From Candidatus Woesearchaeota archaeon (GTDB taxonomy: Archaea; Nanobdellota; Nanobdellia; Woesearchaeales; SKGA01): 51,768 nucleotides of DNA. The stretch spans positions 1-51,768 of the forward strand of contig JBKHAG010000004.1 of assembly GCA_046543005.1 (NCBI GenBank), in the 5' to 3' direction. The position numbers and the translations under genes were made by a program. The notes below the pieces were generated by a model. That model was given only the letters and a program-made list of their open reading frames with translations. It ran no database searches and was not told the DNA's origin. This document shows, piece after piece, positions 45,900 through 51,768 of the stretch (its first letter is position 1; the number at the start of each line of letters is the position of its first letter).

Positions 45900-47699
45900 T
45901 TATATTTTCTTACCAACGTAAGGTCCTTGTTGAAAATACCCTAAGTATTTTTTGTAATATTGACGAACACCAATTCCACTTATAACCAATATATGATTAT
46001 AACCGTTTTCTTTTGCAATTTCTTCTGCGCGTTTCATCAATTTTTTTCCAAAACCTTTGTGCTGTGAAGAACCAATTTCAAAACCCTTATTACTACCTAC
46101 TTGAACGTCGCCTTGTTTAGTGTTTTTCTGCTCTAAACTCTGAGCGCCGACTCCCGAATTGAGTTCCTTTGCTGCGCCGTAGACGTGTAGTTCTCTAATG
46201 AGCGCTGTTGTTGGAGTGATTTCTTCTCGGAGTTGTTGTGAAGGAAAACGAAGTCTACAAAATCCTGCTATTCGATTATTTGCAATATCTTCCATTGCGA
46301 TAAAAAATTCTTTTCCTTGACTTGCTTTGTATTCTGTTACGACTAGTTCAAATACTGGTTTTTGTTTTGGTGCTACTCTTCCTGTTTCTCGAGAACGAAT
46401 TTCTTGTGGATGTTTGTCTCTTTTTTGTATTTCTTTATCAACGTATTGTCGAAGATTGGTTTTATCAACACCTACCATAATCCGATATGTTGGAATATCT
46501 CGTTGCACTCTCATTACTCGACAATAATTAGGAATTTGAGGGATAACTTGTGCTAAAATATCTACAGCAAGAGGTGTTGTTAATGGTTTGTAAAGTCCTT
46601 GCTTAAAATCTTGTTCAAGTTGCGTTCCTGGTAAAACAAGTAAAGGATAGATTTTTATCATATCTGGACGATATGCATCATTAGTAAATAGTTGCAAAAG
46701 ACCTTCAACATCTTGTTGAGGAGAAACTCCAGGAAGTCCCAGCATCATGTGAAAATTAAGTTTGAATCCTAAGTCGCGAAGTTGACGAATACTTTGTATT
46801 GATTCTTTTGACCCATGTCCTCGACTGATTGCGTCAAGAGCTTTATCATATACTGATTGGATTCCTAACTCAACACGAGTTGCTCCTTGTTCAAGCATAC
46901 TATTTCCGTGTTGAACATAGCCCCAATCAGGTCTAGTTTCTATAGTCATACCAATACAACGAATTGTTGCAAACTCATTTTTTTCTTGTTCGTGTTCGAG
47001 ACTGGTTTGTTTTTTTGTTGCTAAGACTTTGTTGTGAATTTTTTTAATACGATCTTCGCAGTAAATATCATCAGGGAGTTCAAAAAACGTTTTGAAGGCT
47101 TCTAAATCAAGCACACCATCAGAAAAAAATAGTTCAGAAAATGTATTCATTGCATTAAGCACATCACAAACGAACTGGTCTTGATACTCTTTAGTTCGCG
47201 CAGGAAATGTTCCGCCCATAATAATAACATCAACTTTTTGAGGATTATGACCGGTAACAACATATTGTTCTAATCGATTAAATACTTGTAAATAAGCATC
47301 AAATTCTGCTCGCTCTGCACGCATCGTTGCAGGTTCTGCACCTGTATAACTTTGTGGTTTATCTCCCCAAGGACTTTTAACACCGCCCGGACACATTCGA
47401 CATTTCCCATGAGGACAGGGGTGTGGTGAAGTCATAAGGGCAACGGGCGTTACACCACTCAAGGAATTATTTGGTTTGGTTTGTAAGTGGTGTTGATATT
47501 TTTTTGCAAAGGAAGATTTTGCACGTAAATAAAGTTCTATATCAGTTGGGATTTTTTTAATACTCGTATATTTTTTACATAATCTAACTTTAAGTTTTGC
47601 AATATCTTCTTTAGTATAGTGTGGATTTTTTTCTAATTCCAAGAAAAAATTATGTAAAAAGAGCTGCATTTGAGTTTCATAGTCTGCGCGCGATGACAT
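45900..47699 (-). CDS. elp3: Elp3 radical-SAM/GNAT tRNA U34 carboxymethyltransferase
   Basis: CPHGKCRMCPGG, QSYTG.EPA, MGGTF, ETRPD, RVQRDIP, RELHVYG, QHKGFG, SGIGVRQYY. Confidence 0.95.
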   Translation of the reverse strand: MSSRADYETQMQLFLHNFFLELEKNPHYTKEDIAKLKVRLCKKYTSIKKIPTDIELYLRAKSSFAKKYQHHLQTKPNNSLSGVTPVALMTSPHPCPHGKCRMCPGGVKSPWGDKPQSYTGAEPATMRAERAEFDAYLQVFNRLEQYVVTGHNPQKVDVIIMGGTFPARTKEYQDQFVCDVLNAMNTFSELFFSDGVLDLEAFKTFFELPDDIYCEDRIKKIHNKVLATKKQTSLEHEQEKNEFATIRCIGMTIETRPDWGYVQHGNSMLEQGATRVELGIQSVYDKALDAISRGHGSKESIQSIRQLRDLGFKLNFHMMLGLPGVSPQQDVEGLLQLFTNDAYRPDMIKIYPLLVLPGTQLEQDFKQGLYKPLTTPLAVDILAQVIPQIPNYCRVMRVQRDIPTYRIMVGVDKTNLRQYVDKEIQKRDKHPQEIRSRETGRVAPKQKPVFELVVTEYKASQGKEFFIAMEDIANNRIAGFCRLRFPSQQLREEITPTTALIRELHVYGAAKELNSGVGAQSLEQKNTKQGDVQVGSNKGFEIGSSQHKGFGKKLMKRAEEIAKENGYNHILVISGIGVRQYYKKYLGYFQQGPYVGKKI

Positions 47700-47774
47700 A
47701 AAAAAGAAAAAAGAGGAGTTGTTTATAAGGGTGTTGAAAAACAGATATTAAGGTGTTAAAAAAGCTAAAAACTG

Positions 47775-48842
47775 CTAAAAATCACAAACTGCTTGCAAAA
47801 CTTCATACCAATTTTTAAGCGCTTTGTAAGATGACATTTCATAATTAGTATGATAATACATGGTAGGAAGTTGTAGTGTTGTTCCATTAGATTTTCCTTG
47901 AGTATGAGCAACTATTGCTCCTAATTCAGTTCTTCCTAGTGAACGTTGAGAAACAGTCGGATCGTTTTTTGTTCGTTGATTTCTTAACTGAATATACTTG
48001 TCTTTAATACGATAAGGAATATTTTTTTGCTCACAAATAGATTGAATACTAGTAACCATTTGTTGACTAAATGAGGCGTATTCGTCTTTTGTTCGAAGAA
48101 CTACAGCTCCTTGTTGTAAACTTGTTGCTTGTTTGAAAGGCGAAGTATCTAAAGTTAGTATGTTTTGAGATGTAAAATGTATTTTTTCTAAACAAGAAAG
48201 AATATGTTGCCAGCTCCTGCCAATTTCTTCTTCGGCAACGAATAATACTCGCCCTTTAAAACCATCGGCAAGTGCTTGCATTGCAACAGCAACACTTATA
48301 CAGTTATCAAGTTGTGAAGAAAATGTTGTCTTGGTTTCTTTAACATATGATTCTAAAGCAATAGGAGTTTTTGGTTTAAGTTCTTGAGCTTTTGCATCAT
48401 CATCCCATTCAATAGTGTAATATACTCTTTTTTTTGAGAAATCAAATTGCGAACCATTAATTGCTCCAGCAACTAATTTTTTACCTGTTTGAGAATTATA
48501 AGCAAATATTCGTTCACCCATGTAACGAGCAGCTGTTTTTTCAAAAATTATTTTTTCCTGATAAAAATCATCACCGTGCTCGTGTTTACGATAAAATGCT
48601 GCAAATTCAACTTGTTTATTTTGATTAAGAATAAATCCGTGTCTATCAACATGAATAGTCAACATTTTATCTGAAGGAGTTTTTGTTGCGCTAACAAGAA
48701 GCCAACTTTTTGATTTTTGCACGATAAAACCTTCTTTAGTCGCAAGACCAGCTAAAAAATCTAAAAATAGTGTTTCAAAACCAACAACACTAGGCAGCAA
48801 TATATATTCCTGTAAACGTTGAAGAATTTTTTGTACGACCAT
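47775..48842 (-). CDS. M42/M20-type metallopeptidase
   Basis: PSVVGFE, HVD, LDN, EEIG, LDT, TE, YHT metal-ligand pattern. Confidence 0.8.
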   Translation of the reverse strand: MVVQKILQRLQEYILLPSVVGFETLFLDFLAGLATKEGFIVQKSKSWLLVSATKTPSDKMLTIHVDRHGFILNQNKQVEFAAFYRKHEHGDDFYQEKIIFEKTAARYMGERIFAYNSQTGKKLVAGAINGSQFDFSKKRVYYTIEWDDDAKAQELKPKTPIALESYVKETKTTFSSQLDNCISVAVAMQALADGFKGRVLFVAEEEIGRSWQHILSCLEKIHFTSQNILTLDTSPFKQATSLQQGAVVLRTKDEYASFSQQMVTSIQSICEQKNIPYRIKDKYIQLRNQRTKNDPTVSQRSLGRTELGAIVAHTQGKSNGTTLQLPTMYYHTNYEMSSYKALKNWYEVLQAVCDF

Positions 48843-48963
48843 GATGAACAAAATAAACTATTTGGATTTTAAATACATTTGGAATTTAAGATACTTAGTT
48901 AAGAAAAGAGTATACAAATTATAATAAACAAAATTTAAAAAGCCATAAGCAAACACAAACTCC

Positions 48964-50148
48964 ATGAAAAAAGAAGTTTTTGAAGGAAGACTACGTCTCA
49001 CGGTCGATACTGATGCTGTAGTTTCCAAAGAGTTAGAAGTTTTTTATAATCCTAAAATGGCTCTTAATAGAACTCTTAGCTGTAGCATTCTTAAGGCTAG
49101 TGAAAAAAAAGATATGCATATCGCCCTTCCTTTAGCAGGAACAGGCATTCGAGCTCTTCGTTTATTAGACGAATTACGTTCTGAAAATATTAAAAAAATT
49201 TGGGTTAATGATAAAAATTCAGAATCAAAAAAATATTTTTTATATAATGCACAACAAAATAATATGCACTCGTTAGTTAAAGATAAAGTAGAACTTGTTC
49301 AAAAAGATGCAAATGTTTTTTTACAAACAAGCGAGGGTTTTGAGTATATAGATATTGATCCTTATGGCAGTCCTAATTTTTTACTTGATTCAGCAATTTC
49401 TCGACTAAAAGAAGGGGCTATTCTTGCAGTTACTGCAACAGATACTGCTGCTCTTAGCGGAACCTACCCTTGTGTTTGTAAACGTAAATATTGGGCACAA
49501 TCTGCTCGTTGCCCACAACAACACGAAATGGGTCTTCGAATTTTAATTCGTAAAGTACAACTTATTGGGATGCATTGCGAACGCGCACTCACACCAATTC
49601 TTAGTTATCATCATCAACATTATTATCGAATATTTTTTATTTCAACAAAAAGCAAATCAAAATCATCTGCACTTTTTACTCAAATTCAAGAATACTTTTT
49701 ATTTTGTTCAAAATGCGGTTTTCATACAACACAACAAGCGATAATAAAAACGTGCCCGTATTGTTCTGCTACTATGCAATTGTGTGGACCACTATATACG
49801 GGATCTATGCAAGACGAAGAGTGGTTAAACAAATGCATTAGTCAAACAGACGCAAAAGAAAAAGAAGCTTTGCGAGTTCTTAAACAATTACAAAAAGATA
49901 GCTTACTGGATAAGGAGTTTACTTTAGAAGAACATAAAAAAAATAAAGCAAATAAAATAAAGAGTATTGTGGGAAGTTATGATACGCACCAGTTATGTAA
50001 ACGCCATAAACTTTTAGTGCAACCCCTTCAAGAAACAATTAAAAATCTCGTTGATAAAGGATTTGTTGGGACGCGTAGTTGCTTTCCTTTAACAAGTATT
50101 AAAACTACTGCTGATTTTAAAACCATTCTTGAGTGTTTACGAAAATAA
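48964..50148 (+). CDS. trm1: tRNA (guanine26-N2)-dimethyltransferase
   Basis: VFYNPKMALNR, AGTGIRALR, DIDPYGSP, TATDTAAL, HEMGLRIL, CxxC zinc ribbon. Confidence 0.95.
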   Translation: MKKEVFEGRLRLTVDTDAVVSKELEVFYNPKMALNRTLSCSILKASEKKDMHIALPLAGTGIRALRLLDELRSENIKKIWVNDKNSESKKYFLYNAQQNNMHSLVKDKVELVQKDANVFLQTSEGFEYIDIDPYGSPNFLLDSAISRLKEGAILAVTATDTAALSGTYPCVCKRKYWAQSARCPQQHEMGLRILIRKVQLIGMHCERALTPILSYHHQHYYRIFFISTKSKSKSSALFTQIQEYFLFCSKCGFHTTQQAIIKTCPYCSATMQLCGPLYTGSMQDEEWLNKCISQTDAKEKEALRVLKQLQKDSLLDKEFTLEEHKKNKANKIKSIVGSYDTHQLCKRHKLLVQPLQETIKNLVDKGFVGTRSCFPLTSIKTTADFKTILECLRK

Positions 50149-50234
50149 TACAAAAGAGTAAGACAACTAACAGTAAAGAAGAAAAACTAACAAAGAAAAA
50201 AATAGATGATAAGAAAAATAGTTCTTCTCAACAA

Positions 50235-50456
50235 TTAAAACGCCACGTATTCACCGTCTTCTTTAAGTATGTGCTGTGCAATGAGTTTGTCTAAAAGTGC
50301 GTACACTTCATCTTCGCCAAAACCAATTTGCTCAGCTTCAAAAAGAAGTGTTTCTTTACGTACTCGGCCAAATTTATCAGTTACTAAAGTTTGAAGTAAA
50401 GAAAGTAAATCCACAGTTCTATCTAATTGACGATCACGCGCAAGGCGTTGAGCCAT
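50235..50456 (-). CDS. Small winged-helix-like protein
   Basis: MAQRLARDRQ...LLFEAEQIGFGEDEVYALLDKL...LKEDGEYV; start reassigned to 50456. Confidence 0.55.
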   Translation of the reverse strand: MAQRLARDRQLDRTVDLLSLLQTLVTDKFGRVRKETLLFEAEQIGFGEDEVYALLDKLIAQHILKEDGEYVAF

Positions 50457-50577
50457 GTTTGTTTGAATTTGTGATACAGAAAAATCGTTTGTCAATATTG
50501 TCCCCCAGTATGCACAATTCACATAGAATATATATACTTTGCGCTCCAAAGAGAGTAAAAACCATACTATTTGAGAA

Positions 50578-51603
50578 TTATGAAAAAAATATTGCTGCTG
50601 CAGAATATAATGTGTGAAGTGTTCCTGACCATGAAAGCACTCCTGATTCTACAATTGCACCAATGATAAACAATACTAATGCACAAACAAAGAGCCAATA
50701 ATTATACTTAAACACTTGACGATGTTTTTTGTCCAAAAATGCGAAACGTAAAAAATAAACCACGAGTAAAACAGTAACCATTCTTAACAAAATAATAATA
50801 GGAATTATAGTAATAAAAGAAAATACAATATTTAAAACATAAAATAATAAAATTCCAAAAAGCATGAGCCCTAAAAATTTATTCATCTCATTTGATTCTG
50901 AGACGATATCACTACTTATGATAGCTCCCGCTATGCCTGCTAAAATATATGCCCCGCCTTCTAAGATTACATGCGGTAAAACTATTGCTTGCATAGTAAG
51001 CAAAGAACCCACTGCTGATTTTCCCAAAACTGCTGCTGCAGCCACTGCTCGCATACCAAAAATCGCACCCCACGCTGAAGCATTCCATACAATAAAAAAT
51101 GTTGCTCCATTACCTGTAAGAAGCGAAAGACCAAAACAAGCAAGTAAAACCCACCAATTATTATGTAAAATACTCCACAAGGTTTGAAAACTAAATGCGG
51201 TTGCTCGACCTTGCACAGCAGGATCTAAAAATAATTGTTCTTGAAACATCGAAATAACATCCCAACCAAAATAGGTTCCTGCAAATGAAAGTAAAAGATA
51301 CGTTACATAAACGCCAAAAAATATCCCCACATAAGCATGTATTAAACCTTTATTATCTGCATATAATCTCTTTAAAGAAAAACCTCTTTCATGTTCTTCA
51401 AGACGTTCTTCTTGATTAATCATTTTATACATTGAAGGTATAATTAAAAGAGATGAAAAAATAACTGAAGCAAGTCCTGAATTTGCACCAAATAAAAGTT
51501 GAGCTAAAACTATTCCAATTAAGGAAGAACCAGCTCCTAAAAGTAATGCGAAACCAAATCTTTTTTCAAGCCAATTTGATGGAAATAAATTTTCTAAAAC
51601 CAA
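50578..51603 (-). CDS. SpoIIM/DUF95-family membrane protein
   Basis: Multiple TM helices, ILHNN, WNAS.WG, LPHVILE, GAIVES. Confidence 0.8.
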   Translation of the reverse strand: MVLENLFPSNWLEKRFGFALLLGAGSSLIGIVLAQLLFGANSGLASVIFSSLLIIPSMYKMINQEERLEEHERGFSLKRLYADNKGLIHAYVGIFFGVYVTYLLLSFAGTYFGWDVISMFQEQLFLDPAVQGRATAFSFQTLWSILHNNWWVLLACFGLSLLTGNGATFFIVWNASAWGAIFGMRAVAAAAVLGKSAVGSLLTMQAIVLPHVILEGGAYILAGIAGAIISSDIVSESNEMNKFLGLMLFGILLFYVLNIVFSFITIIPIIILLRMVTVLLVVYFLRFAFLDKKHRQVFKYNYWLFVCALVLFIIGAIVESGVLSWSGTLHTLYSAAAIFFS

Positions 51604-51662
51604 ATAATCTCAACCTCTACACGTAATTAACAATACAGAGTTTATAAATGTTAAGGTGAAGT

Positions 51663-51768
51663 GGCCTTGTTTAAACTACTATAAATTTGTATACTGCGCA
51701 TTATTATTTTTTTTTATTATTATTATTATCGCCTTGGGACAAATAACGGGCGAGCGGTGAACAAGTAA
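51663..51768. mobile_element. MITE copy F (reverse of the B type; truncated by the window end)
   Basis: GGCCTTGTTTAAA...GTATACTGCGC...ATCGCCTTG.GA.AAATAACG...GTGAACA.GTAA matches the reverse complement of copy B. Confidence 0.78.

Noticed and set aside
1-51768. CRISPR arrays, rRNA, integrase/transposase, reverse transcriptase (DGR), prophage genes
   Set aside because: No regularly spaced repeats, long GC-rich rRNA-like tract or diagnostic protein motifs seen

Overview
AT-rich archaeal chromosomal window. Gene content (aRF1, aIF5A, eL33/L35Ae, eL40, eS24, eS31, Spt4, uL1-uL10-P1, FtsZ2, ATP-dependent ligase, Elp3, Trm1), GGTGA/GGAGG ribosome-binding sites, TTTAWAWA promoters and several lineage-typical small proteins point to a DPANN archaeon, most likely Woesearchaeota-like (inference). 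Most genes are on the minus strand. Besides housekeeping genes it carries a four-gene glycogen cluster (GT4, degenerate GH57, GT3 glycogen synthase, debranching enzyme), an RQC-UvrD-HRDC helicase, an MNT-HEPN fusion next to a large TIM-barrel protein, two wHTH/degenerate-NTase regulators, two AbrB-PhoU regulators and a tRNA-Gly(TCC) with two BHB introns. The main finding is a set of 160-200 bp MITE-like elements (GGCnnTG-type inverted repeats, 8-bp target duplications, IS1595-like): six of seven sit 13-15 nt upstream of a TATA box, suggesting promoter-targeted transposition. All calls come from manual motif reading; no database searches were run.
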